Shown here: positions 11,901-23,529 of the stretch, piece by piece
Layout: each line of letters begins with the position of its first letter
Position numbering within the stretch: position 1 is the stretch's first letter
Source of the DNA: Macrostomum hystrix
Lineage: Eukaryota > Animalia > Platyhelminthes
Reading direction: 5' to 3'
Assembly (NCBI GenBank): GCA_950097015.1
Contig: CATNEN010000030.1
Coordinates: 2,294,001 to 2,358,000, forward strand
DNA length: 64,000 nucleotides
The notes under the pieces: model-generated
What the model saw: the letters and a program-made list of their open reading frames with translations, nothing else
Database searches by the model: none
What the model was told of the DNA's origin: nothing
Made by a program: the position numbers and the translations under genes

Positions 11901-13128
11901 ATCGTTTCAATCGAGTTGTATTCTACGACTTAAATATTATAGTTAATTAGTAGTTTATTAATAATTAATAAGATTATTAAAATAGTGATATTATACATCG
12001 ATGCAGGTGAGCGTTCGAGCCACCTGTCCGGACGACCTGCTACTAACGGTGCACAGCAATCGTCTGGATGAACAGCGCCGACTGCTAACCGCCAGCATGG
12101 AGGCCTGCAACGATTGGCAGCCGATCTCCAGGCGGCACGCAGCCGTAGGCGGCCTGCTGTGCGCTGCCAGAATCGGCGGCGTCCTGACCAGGGTGCATGC
12201 TCTCGGCTACGAGGGAGCACCGCGCGCCGGCCGCGTTCGGGTTCGCCCGCTGGACCTGCCAGTGTCTACAGCCGGCAGTGATACCGAAGTAGTTTCGCTT
12301 AGTTCGCTCTTCTATCTGAAGATGAGATTCGCTGAGCAATGCTGCCAGCTGACTGCCCTGGCCTATTTGGACTGTTTGACTCCGGCGTCTGGCGACGGCC
12401 AGTGGAATGAGGCGGCCAGCCATTTCTTTTGTCACCTGATGGAGACTAGCTCGGAGCCGAAGGTGGTGCAGCTTGTGCAAACACTGTTCAATGAGGTGAG
12501 GGCGTTGTCTTTTACTATGACCCTGTAACCAGTTATCATTCAGGCTTCCAAGCTATATGACTTAGCTATACTTGAAAATCTTCAGGATTCCAATTCATAT
12601 GATTCAGCTGTACTAAAATTCTTCAGGATTCCAATTCATATGATTCAGCTATATTCAAATCCTTCAGGATTCCAATTCATATGATTCAGCTATATTCAAA
12701 TCCTTCAGGATTCCAATTCATATGATTCAGCTATATTCAAATCCTTCAGGATTCCAATTCATATGATTCAGCTATATTCAAATCCTCAAATCCTTCTGTT
12801 CAGTAGCTTAAGAACAGTAAATTGCAGTACGCAGATTTCTCAGATGAGAATAGCAAGTCCGCACCTTTTAAACAGCCCTCTATCCCGTCCCTCAACTGAA
12901 CTCAAGCCGCCCTACAACTGCTCGGTGATATTCATTCGACCCTTGGTTGCATCGGCAATGATTGAGGCAAAGCATGCATCTGAACCCGAACTTGCTGTAA
13001 GTAGCTTTAAAGATGCACTTTGTGTGGACAGATAATGGAGGTCCAATTAACAGTAATTCGTTAGTTCATTATTTATCATTTAATCTCATTTTCAGCCTTA
13101 CCTAAAGCAGCCGCTAACTGAATTCTAA
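8985..13128 (+). CDS. TDRD5: LOTUS (OST-HTH) x3 + extended Tudor domain protein, TDRD5/Tejas-like (germline/piRNA pathway)
   Basis: Exons 8985-9886 (three LOTUS-like repeats: TLKSLMEAYERNMGQPVPFRDHGYGSVEELI; NFGARYFEEYGLVLRLEQYGCDSMQSF; LDELASVYCSRYGSEAYRRLGFRSF), 10651-10966 (Ser/Gln-rich linker) and 12007-12495 (extended Tudor: VSVRATCPDD...LFYLKMRFAEQ...LDCLTP..GQWNEAASHFF), phases consistent. Probable further exons 12835(or 12844)-12996 (..VASAMIEAKHA) and 13096-13128; the last is low confidence. Orthology rests on domain architecture only. Confidence 0.75.
10222..10560 (+). mobile_element. tRNA-derived SINE family 2, near full length
   Basis: Head GGGTGAGTGGCAAGGTGG...GGTTCCATTCC (A/B boxes), body GGCTTGTCGTGCAATTTACGCCC, tail GTGCTCAGGAGTCAGCGGAA...CAGCCCTTTTGCAATTATT. 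Related copies at 16.7-17.1, 18.8-19.0, 30.2 and 49.4 kb. Confidence 0.8.
11153..11780. repeat. 22-bp tandem repeat, ~28 copies, intronic
   Basis: Unit GTAGATGGCCTCGTAATCTACA/T with a 6-bp inverted repeat GTAGAT..ATCTAC; no spacers. Confidence 0.97.
12581..12790. repeat. 41-bp tandem repeat, ~5 copies, intronic
   Basis: Unit TTCAGGATTCCAATTCATATGATTCAGCTATATTCAAATCC. Confidence 0.9.
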
Positions 13129-13427
13129 AAGTACAAGGTAGAAAGTACAAAGTTGTCGTCAAAACTATTTTGAGTCCTGAATGCTTCGTACGTAGGTTTG
13201 GTGAATTGCTATTATTGCAGCTAATAAAGTTGCTGTTGTATCGTATTGTACCATATGGCTCTGAATATAGAACCCGGAGAGCCAGATCAACCGCCAAACC
13301 CCCTTTTTCTGGACCAGTATAGGCTGATTGGTTGTCTTAATAATGTACTGTTCTAGCTAGTAAGCTGTGCTTTGAGAAAGTTTAAGAAAGGCATTTAAAC
13401 ATGTCATTTTCTAGACATCAACTCAAA

Positions 13428-13663
13428 GGTGTGCAGCCGACAGCGCAGATGCAGCTATTGCGCGGTGCATCTGAAAGCGGCGTACGGTTGTTTAGTCCAT
13501 GGACTGGGGTGATACCACACCCAAGCTGATGCTGGTACCCATTTAACAGCTGGGCAAACTGAAGCAATGTAGAGTTAGTGACTTGCTAAAGGAAGTCTAG
13601 TCGGGACTCGAACCCCCGACCTTCAAGTCGTGTGTCCGACGCTCTAACCACTAGTCTACAACC
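13428..13663 (-). mobile_element. SINE family 1 copy with complete tRNA-like head
   Basis: Reverse strand: GGTTGTAGACTAGTGGTTAGAGCGTCGGACACACGACTTGAAGGTCGGGGGTTCGAGTCCCGAC, then core and tail. Confidence 0.85.
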
Positions 13664-14289
13664 TCATTGCTTCATTCAAGCGCAGCTCACTAGCTAAACT
13701 ATGCAACTATGCAAAAATTCCGTATGTCTAGTGTATATGTGTGATGGCCAGTCGGCGTATACTGGTCTGATAGAATTGGGATTTGACGGCGATTTGACTC
13801 TCCAGGTTCTATATTCAGGGCTCTGTGGCTGTACAGTGGACCAAATTTTAGGCCTTTTAACCTACAAGTTAGTATACATTTATATGTGACGTGTGTCATA
13901 CGCTTCTGACTCTATTTAGTAGTAGCCCTGACAGGGATTCTTTAGATCGTAATATTGTGTTAAAACTGAAAACTGCATTTGTTCTTATTATTACCAGATT
14001 ATCTGAACGCTTCACATGTGAATTGGCCTTCCAGTTTTCGGTTTAGAAGTTAAACTGCATTTTTTGCACCTTACTATTGACATTATGCACTAGCTGATAT
14101 GGTAACGCTTAATGATTTCTTAAACATAAAATTGCCGAAATACAAAGCTAGCTATGCTGTTACTTTTTACTGATCTGAATAATGTATTTACATCATTATT
14201 TTATTTTTGCTTGTAGCTAGATAGGTTATATTAGTTTATATATTAGTTATATTAGTAATAGATTAATTACGTGAGATTTAAAATCAGAA

Positions 14290-15445
14290 GAGACAAGACA
14301 GGGAAGAGATAGATGAAGTAGGAAAAATATGAGACAGGGAAGAGATAGATGAAGTAGGAAAATATGAGACAGTGGAGAGATTGATGAAGTAGGAGAGACG
14401 TGAAACAGGGGAGAGATAGATGAAGTAGGAAAATATGAGACAGTGGAGAGATTGATGAAGTAGGAGAGACGTGAAACAGGGGAGAGATAGATGAAGTAGG
14501 AGAAATATGAGACAGGGAAGAGATAGATGAAGTAGGAAAATATGAGACAGTGGAGAGATTGATGAAGTAGGAGAGACGTGAAACAGGGGACAGATAGATG
14601 AAGTAGGAAAATATGAGACTGTGGAGAGATTGATGAAGTAGGAGAGACGTGAAACAGGGGACAGATAGATGAAGTAGGAAAATATGAGACAGTGGAGAGA
14701 TTGATGAAGTAGGAGAGACGTGAAACAGGGGAGAGATAGATGAAGTAGGAGAAATATGAGACAGGGAAGAGATAGATGAAGTAGGAAAATATGAGACAGT
14801 GGAGAGATTGATGAAGTAGGAGAGACGTGAAACAGGGGACAGATAGATGAAGTAGGAAAATATGAGACAGTGGAGAGATTGATGAAGTAGGAGAGACGTG
14901 AAACAGGGGACAGATAGATGAAGTAGGAAAATATGAGACTGTGGAGAGATTGATGAAGTAGGAGAGACGTGAAACAGGGGAGAGATAGATGAAGTAGGAG
15001 AAATATGAGACAGGGGAGAGATAGATGAAGTAGGAAAATATGAGACTGGAGAGATTGATGAAGTAGGAGAGACGTGAAACAGGGGAGAGATAGATGAAGT
15101 AGGAGAAATATGAGACAGGGAAGAGATAGATGAAGTAGGAAAATATGAGACAGTGGAGAGATTGATGAAGTAGGAGAGACGTGAAACAGGGGAGAGATAG
15201 ATGAAGTAGGAGAAATATGAGACAGGGAAGAGATAGATGAAGTAGGAAAATATGAGACAGTGGAGAGATTGATGAAGTAGGAGAGACGTGAAACAGGGGA
15301 GAGATAGATGAAGTAGGAGAAATATGAGACAGGGGAGAGATAGATGAAGTCGGAGAGACTTGAGACACAGGAGAGATAGATAAAGTAGGAGAGGTGTGAG
15401 ACGGTTGAGATAGATGAAGTAGGAGAGACATGAGACAGGGGAGAG
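14290..15445. repeat. Purine-rich ~34-35-bp minisatellite with higher-order structure
   Basis: Three unit variants (..GATGAAGTAGGAAAATATGAGACAGTGGAGA; ..GATGAAGTAGGAGAGACGTGAAACAGGGGAGA; ..GATGAAGTAGGAGAAATATGAGACAGGGAAGA) recur in 2- and 3-unit blocks. They account for ORFs 14247-15431 and 14284-15480. Confidence 0.95.
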
Positions 15446-15583
15446 ATGGATGGGTTGGAGTGGTGGCTCTTCCAGTCCATGGACTGAACAGCTGCTAGGT
15501 TAGGTGCAGTTTCTATCTATGCTTGATACTTAGTCATTTTTGATACTCAATCCGCAGCTGATTGCGTCATCACAATCAAAGTC

Positions 15584-18500
15584 ATGGCTGACGATGATTC
15601 TTCATTCGCTCCTTTCGAAGACGACGCTGCCGCAAACGCCGGCGGCGGTATTGGCTCCGAAGACGAGGACGCCGCTCTGGCTGCGCCTGAGTTACGCGAA
15701 GGTCGCGCCGACGATGGCGAGGAGGACGACGGCGAGGAGCTGTTCGGCGACGACATGATGAACGACTACAGGCCGATTCCGGAGCTAGACAGGTGGGCAG
15801 ACATTTTTAGTGTCAGTTTTATTAAGGTTACTAAGGTTATTAAGGTTAATGTTCAGTGTTAAACATCAAAATTGAGTTGTCGAAATTTGTTTATGGTATT
15901 TCCAAGGTTGGGTTGACTGAGTGGTAACGGAGAGAAGGCTTTTGGACTTTCCCAAGTTTTGCACTGTCCAATGATATAAAAGCCTGTGCAGACGTACACA
16001 TGCACATGTGAGCTTGTTTGTACTCAGGAGTCTGTGGTTAGTAGTCTGCTTAGGATTCTGTGCTCAGGTGTTTGTGCTCATGAGCCTGTGCTCAGGAGTC
16101 TGTAGTCAGAATTCTGCTTAGGAGCCTGTTTTCAGGAGTCTGTGCTTAAGAGTCTGTGCTTAAGAGTCTTTGCTCAGGAGGCGAAATTGCCTGGGTCGAC
16201 TATCGCAAAATGAAAGCCTTATAATATTACAAAGCCTAAACCCCACCTCTAATCGAACCACCCAAGGTACGGCCCCGATGGCATCGACGACTCGGAGTCG
16301 CACGACCCGATGACTGTCGAGGAGCGGCTGGCTGCCGAGCGCTCCCTACGCCGTCGGGAGGCCGAAGAGGGCGCCTCGAGGCCGCCGGATATGCGCCGTC
16401 GCGTTTTCGACTTCTCCGCCTCGGAGCTGGGCGCCTACGAGTCTGACGACGAATCGGAATCGGGCGCAGCCGCCGCCGCTCGCAGACGCCGACGCCGTTT
16501 AGCCGAACGCGCCGCTCAAGGCGAAGAGTCTGCCGCGGCGGCCGCCGCAGCCGCCTTCTTAAATGACGACGAAGGCGAGGGCATGGACGCGCTGGAGAAT
16601 CTAGAGAACACCAGGGGCATGACCATCGCCGAGTGGGTGAAACAGCCGCAGGCCAGGCACGAGGTAATGATAATAACATTAATAATAATAATAACTATTG
16701 CAGGAGGGCTGTGGGGCAATGGCACATCATTTGGTCACACAGCGAGTAGGCCCATTCCGCTGACTCCTGAGCACACACGCACACAGATACTGTAAGCAGG
16801 CACACACACATATGTACATCTGCCCTGACTTTCTTGTCGTCAGGCAGTGTGCACTCTCACTGTGCCTTGGAGGTTAGATTTCAAGGGCGTGAATTGCACG
16901 ACAAGCCCCCAAGCCTTCTCTCCGCGGCTGAGCCTCAAATTAATGTGGCATCGCCGCGGAATCGAGCTAGGGACCTTGGTGCAAGATGTACACACCTGTG
17001 TGAGCGTGTTCCTGTGTACGGTATCTGTGTGCGTGTTTGCTCAGAAGTCAGCGAAATGTGCAGAATTGCCTCCTCGCTGGCTGCGGGTCTAGTGTCACCA
17101 AATGATGTGCCATTGCCTGCAGCCCTCCTGCAATTATCAATATAATTATAAATGCCATGAGTTCATGTTTCAGGTTAAAATATGGCTTACAATAATGAGT
17201 ATTCGATCGAATTTACATTAATACTACTACTATTTCGCTTGTAACGGTCTCCTTATTGCACCCTATCAATTCGCAGGTCAAGAACCGTTTCATGAACTTT
17301 CTGCGTTCCACAACCGATGCTTCCGGCCAGAATGTGTACCACCAGCGCATCATGTCCATGTGCCAGGCCAACAAGGCCAGCCTAGTTGTTGACTACGTGG
17401 ATCTGGCTGCCAGGGAGCACGTGCTAGCCTACTTCCTACCCGAGGCTCCAATCGAGATGCTGCAAATTCTTGACGAAGCCGCCATGGCTGTGGTGCGCGC
17501 TGCCGTAGCTAATTATGACCGAATTCAACCCGTCATTCGGGTCCGCGTCTCCGGCCTGCCACTGCTTGAACAGCTGCGACAATTGCGGCATTCTCACCTG
17601 AACCAGCTGGTGCGCACGCGCGGCGTTGTGACCTCCTGCTCGGCTGTGCTGCCCCAGCTGAGCCTTGCCAAGTACAACTGTACCAAATGCGGCTCAGTGA
17701 TTGGCCCATTCCTGCAGAGCCAGGCTGCCGGAGCGACCGAGAATCGTCCAGTCAGCTGTCCGGAGTGCCAGACTGGCGGCCCGTTTGAGCTCAACTCTGA
17801 GCAGACTATCTATAAGAATTATCAGCGAATCAGCCTTCAGGTTTGTTTGAGCATCATAGGCATGCTTGTTTTTAAACTGTGCATTACTTAGTCCACTAAT
17901 TTGGCAACTTCCAGAAATTACATGCACCTTTATCAACACATTCCCTAAACTACACACCCCTCTTTGACACATTCACGTAAAATTCAGATTCCATGATTAA
18001 CACATTCTGTAAAAGGCATATTCCATAAACTATAAACCTTCCCCAATTAGCAAATTCTATAAACTGCACATTACATAAACATCACATTCCATAAACTACA
18101 CATTACATAAACTGCGCATTGCAAAAACTGCGCATTCCATAAACTGCAAAGTCCATAAACTACACATTCCATAAACTGCGCATTGCAAAAACTGTACATT
18201 CCATAACCAGCTTATTCTCTAATTGACACTTTCCCTTGACATCGGAGACGTTCCCTGAGTTGCGCATTCCCCTAAAGTGTACATAGGAGAATAGCCTGTT
18301 CCTAAACTGGGATAAATATCCCCACTGTCGTCCTATTTACAGGAGAGCCCTGGCTCTGTTCCGCCTGGTCGCTTGCCCCGCGCCAAAGATGTCATCCTGC
18401 TCGAGGACCTGGTCGACAGCTGCAAGCCGGGCGACGAAGTGGAACTCACCGCTGTCTACACGCATAGCTACGAGTCTTCGTTAAACTCTGCGCACGGCTT

Positions 18501-21500
18501 TCCAGTATTTTCAACCGTGCTGCACGCCAATCACGTGCTAAAGAAGGAGGATAAGATGGCTGCCGAGGCGCTAACTGATGAGGACGTGCGCACTATTAAT
18601 CGACTGGCTAAGGTAACATTGAACCTACTGGTTTCGTTGTATATTCGAACTCATGACCTCACCTCTATCTACTAAATAAGAAGATCTAAATAAAATCAAT
18701 CAGGAATTTTACGAGTTTATGTCCAATTCAGAAAATCAAAGCAGATGTGTTAATTCGTAGGTTTCCTCTGATTTTATTTACATTTGTCAATTGTTCGTAA
18801 AAGCAATTCAATCAATATTTACCCTTATGAGGGCTGTGGGCACTGGCTCAAGCTTTGGGAACAGTAGACCCGCAGCGGGCGATGAGACAATTTTCCCCAT
18901 TTCGGGCGTAAATTGCACGACATGCCCCCAAGCCTTCTCTCCGCGGCTGCGCCCCAAATAAATGTGGCCTCGCCGCGGAATCGAACTCAGGGACCTTGGT
19001 GCGAGAGGCAAACGTATTAGACCGCTCTGCCACTCACCCCACGTAGATTGATCATAAAATGTAAATTTAAAATGAAAAGATATGTGACTAAGACAAGAAT
19101 TACCAGAGATCCAATCGAACATACTTTTATAAATTCTAAATAAAATATGATATATGTATTTTCACGTTAGGACGGCCGCATCGGTGAACGAATAGTGAAC
19201 TCAATTGCGCCCAGCATCTACGGTCACGAGGATATCAAGCGGGCTATGGCGCTCTGCCTGTTCGGCGGTGAAGCCAAGAATCCCGGTGGAAAGCACCGGC
19301 TGAGGGGCGACATCAACCTGCTGGTATGCCTGCCGCTCTTTTCCTGTCCGATAAATTAAGTCAAGAAATGTTTTTGTAAGTTTTACGTGTGAAGTATCGA
19401 CAGTGCAATGACTCCAATAAGTCGATGCCGAATGTTTGTTAACCATTAGTTTAACAAATGCTTAGACTGAAGCGATACGAGCGATTACTTGCTCAGGGAC
19501 ACGAATTGCTTTTATTGGGATGAGATTCGAACTCCCGATCTCTCAGTCGGACGCTTAAAGCTCTTAACTAATCTACATGCTATAAGCTTCTTTGTACCGT
19601 GTCTAGAGATTGTACCCTTAGCCGCTCCAGTCCACGGACTGAACAGCTGTACACTTTCTTACACGCAGGTGTGCGGCGATCCCGGCACGGCCAAGTCCCA
19701 GTTCCTGAAGTACTGCGAAGGCATCGCGCCCAGGTGCGTGTACGCCACAGGCCAGGGTGCCAGCTCGGTGGGTTTAACAGCCTACGTGCACAAGCACCCA
19801 GTCACCAAGGAGTGGTGCTTGGAGGGCGGCGCCCTTGTCCTAGCCGACAAAGGCGTCTGCTTGATCGACGAGTTCGACAAGATGAGCGATTCGGATCGCA
19901 CCAGCATTCATGAGGCCATGGAGCAGCAGAGTATCTCGATTAGCAAGGCCGGCATTGTCACCTCTCTGCAGGCCCGTTGCACTGTAATTGCCGCCGCTAA
20001 TCCCATTGGCGGACGCTACGATCCATCAATGACATTCGCCGAGAATGTCGACCTAACCGAGCCTATTCTATCTCGATTCGATGTGCTGTGTGTTGTGCGC
20101 GATCAGGTGGACCCGGTGCAGGATGAGAAGTTGGCCAAGTGAGTACCCGACTCTGATTAGTATGGCTACTAATATAGACCTAATAGTGGATTACTTGTAT
20201 ATAAACTCCTACTTTACTACATGGAAATCTCACCTGGTCAAGCTGCTTTAATTATTCCGATTTGAAACATCAGAGTTATATACATTTGATAAGTTGAAAC
20301 ATGCTTTTCCAAGATGTTGTGACACAGTTGTCTGAGAGTTTAAAACTGTGAAGACTGACTTGCGTTGAACTACTTGAACTATTATGATACAAGTATTGAG
20401 TGGCTATCGATTTAACTCATCTCTAGACTGGTTAATGAGCGAATGTACAGTGTACGGAGATTCTTTACAAAATACATTCCGCTGAGTTTTGTAGCTTAAA
20501 ACACGCTTTTCCTAGTGAGTATACCCTAAGATTATCACTTGCATATCCCTAGGATTATAACGTGTATATCCCTAGGATTGTCACATGTATATCCCTAGAA
20601 TTGTCGCATGTATTTCCCTAGGATTATCACATGTATATGCCTATATTTAGTCATATGTTTAGTCATATGTTTATCTCACGGATTATCAAGCTCAGGGATT
20701 ATTTATTCGTGATCCCCGAGATGATCGCCTGCCTAAAATCCCACGAACCAGACCATTTTTACCCAGTGTGAAGAGCAGCCGCTGTTCGCAACCAACCGCC
20801 CTCAGGTTCGTGGTGGGCAGCCACATGCGCCACCATCCGTGCCTAACCGAGGCGGAGCGCGAGCATCTGACTGAGACTCTGTCCGCCAATCGCAACTCGG
20901 CCATCACCGATGCCAGCCTGGAGCCCTTGCCGCAGGATCTGCTAAAGAAGTACATCACCTACGCCAGAGAGCGCATTCATCCCCAGCTGAACCAGATGGA
21001 TCAGGACAAGGTGTCCAAGGTGTACGTACACCTGCGCAAAGAGTCCATGGCAACCGGCTCTATCCCGATCACCGTGCGCCACATCGAGTCTGTGATTCGT
21101 CTAGCCGAGGCGCACGCCAAAATGCATCTGCGCAAGTATGTGGACGATTCTGACGTCAACATGGCTGTCCGGGTCATGCTGGAGTCCTTCATCAGCACCC
21201 AGAAGCACTCGGTGATGAAGACCATGGAGCGCAGCTTCCAGCGCTACCTGGTCTACCAGCGCGACAGCAGCGACCTGCTGATCTTCCTGCTGCGCCAGCT
21301 AATCACCAAGCACGCCGCCTACAGCCGAACTAGTCGGCGAGCCAGACAGCATCGTGACAGTGACGACGAAGCTGACGCGGAGGACGGCGACGCTGATGAC
21401 GACGGTGAGGGTCAGCCGACGGTGCGCATCGCCGAGAAGGAGCTGGCGGATCTGGCCAGGCCGCTCGGCCTGCCGGGCCTTGACAGCTTCCTGCGCTCCG

Positions 21501-21568
21501 AGATCATGACAGCCAACCGGTTCCGCTACGATGCCGACAGGAAGGAGATCGTCTGTCCGATCTACTGA
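15584..21568 (+). CDS. MCM2: DNA replication licensing factor MCM2, 7 coding exons, ~941 aa
   Basis: Exons 15584-15792, 16267-16663, 17277-17840, 18343-18612, 19171-19323, 19669-20138, 20806-21568 (2826 nt, phases consistent). Histone-binding [11 protein letters not shown], Zn finger CTKC..CPEC, Walker [17 protein letters not shown], arginine finger [12 protein letters not shown]. Confidence 0.99.
15990..16185 (+). repeat. 13-bp degenerate repeat (GTGCTCAGGAGTC-like) derived from the SINE2 tail
   Basis: Repeated CTCAGGAGTCTGT/CTTAAGAGTCTGT, preceded by GCAGACGTACAC..GTGAGC as in the SINE2 tail. Confidence 0.6.
16690..16985 (-). mobile_element. SINE family 2 copy (MCM2 intron 2)
   Basis: Reverse complement of the 10222-10560 structure, with an (ATT)n tail at 16675-16697. 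Confidence 0.8.
16986..17140 (+). mobile_element. 5'-truncated SINE family 2 copy abutting the previous one head-to-head
   Basis: TGTACACACCTGTGTGAGCGTG...ACCAAATGATGTGCCATTGCCTGCAGCCCTCCTGCAATTAT is the reverse complement of 16697-16815. Confidence 0.8.
18010..18210. repeat. Degenerate ~18-bp repeat (CATTCCATAAACTACA/GC) in MCM2 intron 3
   Basis: Repeated CATTCCATAAACT / CATTACATAAACT / CATTGCAAAAACT. Confidence 0.7.
18815..19041 (-). mobile_element. SINE family 2 variant with the best-preserved head and a shorter 3' part
   Basis: Reverse strand GGGGTGAGTGGCAGAGCGGTCTAATACG...GAGTTCGATTCC (A and B boxes), then the shared body. Confidence 0.8.
20520..20645. repeat. 23-bp degenerate repeat, ~5 copies (MCM2 intron 6)
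   Basis: TATATCCCTAGGATTATCACATG variants. Confidence 0.75.
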
Positions 21569-21600
21569 GTGTGTGTGCTCAGGTCAGCTTGCTGTTGTTA

Positions 21601-22222
21601 GTGTTGCTATGACCGAATGGAATGAACACTGTTGCTATGACCGAATGGAATGAACACTGTTGCTATGACCGAATAGAATAAACAATGTTGCTATGACCGA
21701 ATAGAATGAACAATGTTGCTATGACCGAATAGAATGAACACTGTTGCTATGACCAAATAGAATGAACAATGTTGCTATGACCGAATAGAATGAACACTGT
21801 TGCTATGACCGAATGGAATGAACACTGTTGCTATGACCGAATGGAATGAACACTGTTGCTATGACCGAATAGAATAAACAATGTTGCTATGACCGAATAG
21901 AATGAACAATGTTGCTATGACCGAATAGAATGAACACTGTTGCCATGACCGAATAGAATGAACAATGTTGCTGTGACCGAATAGAATGAACACTGTTGCT
22001 ATGATCGAATAGAATGAACAATGTTGCTGTGACCGAATAGAATGAACACTGTTGCTATGATCGAATAGAATGAACACTGTTGCTATGATCGAATAGAATG
22101 AACACTGTTGCTATGATCGAATAGAATGAACAATGTTGCTGTGACCGAATAGAATGAACACTGTTGCTATGACCGAATAGAATGAACACTGTTGCTATGA
22201 CCGAATAGAATGAACAGTTTTG
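21601..22222. repeat. 28-bp tandem repeat, ~22 copies, just after the MCM2 stop codon
   Basis: Unit ACTGTTGCTATGACCGAATAGAATGAAC. Confidence 0.97.
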
Positions 22223-23140
22223 CAATGACAATTAAAATGACGTTAGTGAAATTCCGGGAAAAGGTATAAGATTTTTCTGATCTCATAATTTCTTATTCAA
22301 AACTAAATGCCTATATTTAAACTGCCTTGTTCCAGTGAAACATGGAGTTTCTGCCACTGTGACCATCGCGTACTAAAAATGAAAGTGTAAACTATAAAAT
22401 TCAAACTGGTGCGCATTTTGTATGCTAACAAAATCAGTGCAATAATTTAATAGTAAATAGAGACTAATCGGGAATTCTCGCGTCAAATGAACTGCCAATA
22501 TTGTTGCAAACTGAAAGAAGTATTCTATTATTTTCGCGATAATACTATTGCAATCTCTTTAACTTATTAAACTCCGATTTAAAGGTAAGTAACTACCTTA
22601 TTTCTTGAACTGTTGCACCGCATTTTACTACTCTTATTAACGCAACCGTCAATTTTATTTAATACAAAAATAAATCACAATTAGCTTTCTATAATATATT
22701 TCTATTTTTACCCCCAACCCACTCGAATATTTAAACCTTTTGCTATTTTTTGAAGCATTTTTAATTCCGCATTTTCGGTCCGTACTTTACAATTTTTCGA
22801 ATTGGTCCCAGTTCACGATGGTGCTTTGATAGCCTGAAGGTTGCTATAGATAATGTTCAATATTTTACTTCAAAATATAAACCGCAAATTAATATGTATG
22901 GCCAGCACTTTAATCATTTAATCTTTAGCTCAGACTTCGATGCTGAAAAAAGTGTTTTGCAGCAAATGACTGCTTCCATTATTTTCTTTTTACAAGCGTA
23001 ATATTAGATAATAGTCTAAAATTCATTAAACCCAATGGCTCTGTCTTCTGCTATCGAATCAGTTACAATATTAAATCATTACGACTACTATTACATTCGC
23101 AATTTAAAAATTTAACTGATAAAACCAGCTCTGATTTTGC

Positions 23141-23405
23141 CAGATGTGCAGCCGACAGCACAGCCGCAGCTATTGCGCGGCGCATATGAAGGCTGCGTAC
23201 GGCTGTTCAGTCCATGGACTGGGAGGTCGCCACACCCGCCCTCAATTATCCCAGCTAATGCTTGTAACCATTTATCAAATGGGTGAACTGAAGCAATGCA
23301 GAGTTAAGTGTCTTGCTAAAGGACACTAATTGTTCCAGTGGAGTCGAGAATCGAACCCCTGACCTTCACGACTTAAGTCCGACTCTTTAATTAGAAGACT
23401 ACAAG
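23141..23405 (-). mobile_element. SINE family 1 copy
   Basis: Tail, AGTCCATGGACT, core and B-box (GGTTCGATTC on the reverse strand) are all present. Confidence 0.85.
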
Positions 23406-23529
23406 CCCTGGAAGTAATATTATTAATTATAAAATAATTCGTTGACTTTCAACCACACTGTTTGCCAGTCAGTTACTTGGAATTAAAACCGTTGCACAGA
23501 TCACATAACAACACGTGCCTAAATCTTAG

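Noticed and set aside
13590-13663. Genuine tRNA gene
   Set aside because: The acceptor stem does not close and the sequence continues into the SINE core; other tRNA-like heads in the window are likewise SINE heads.
14247-15480. Two ~395-aa hydrophobic ORFs
   Set aside because: They come from the purine-rich minisatellite and have no splice or codon support.
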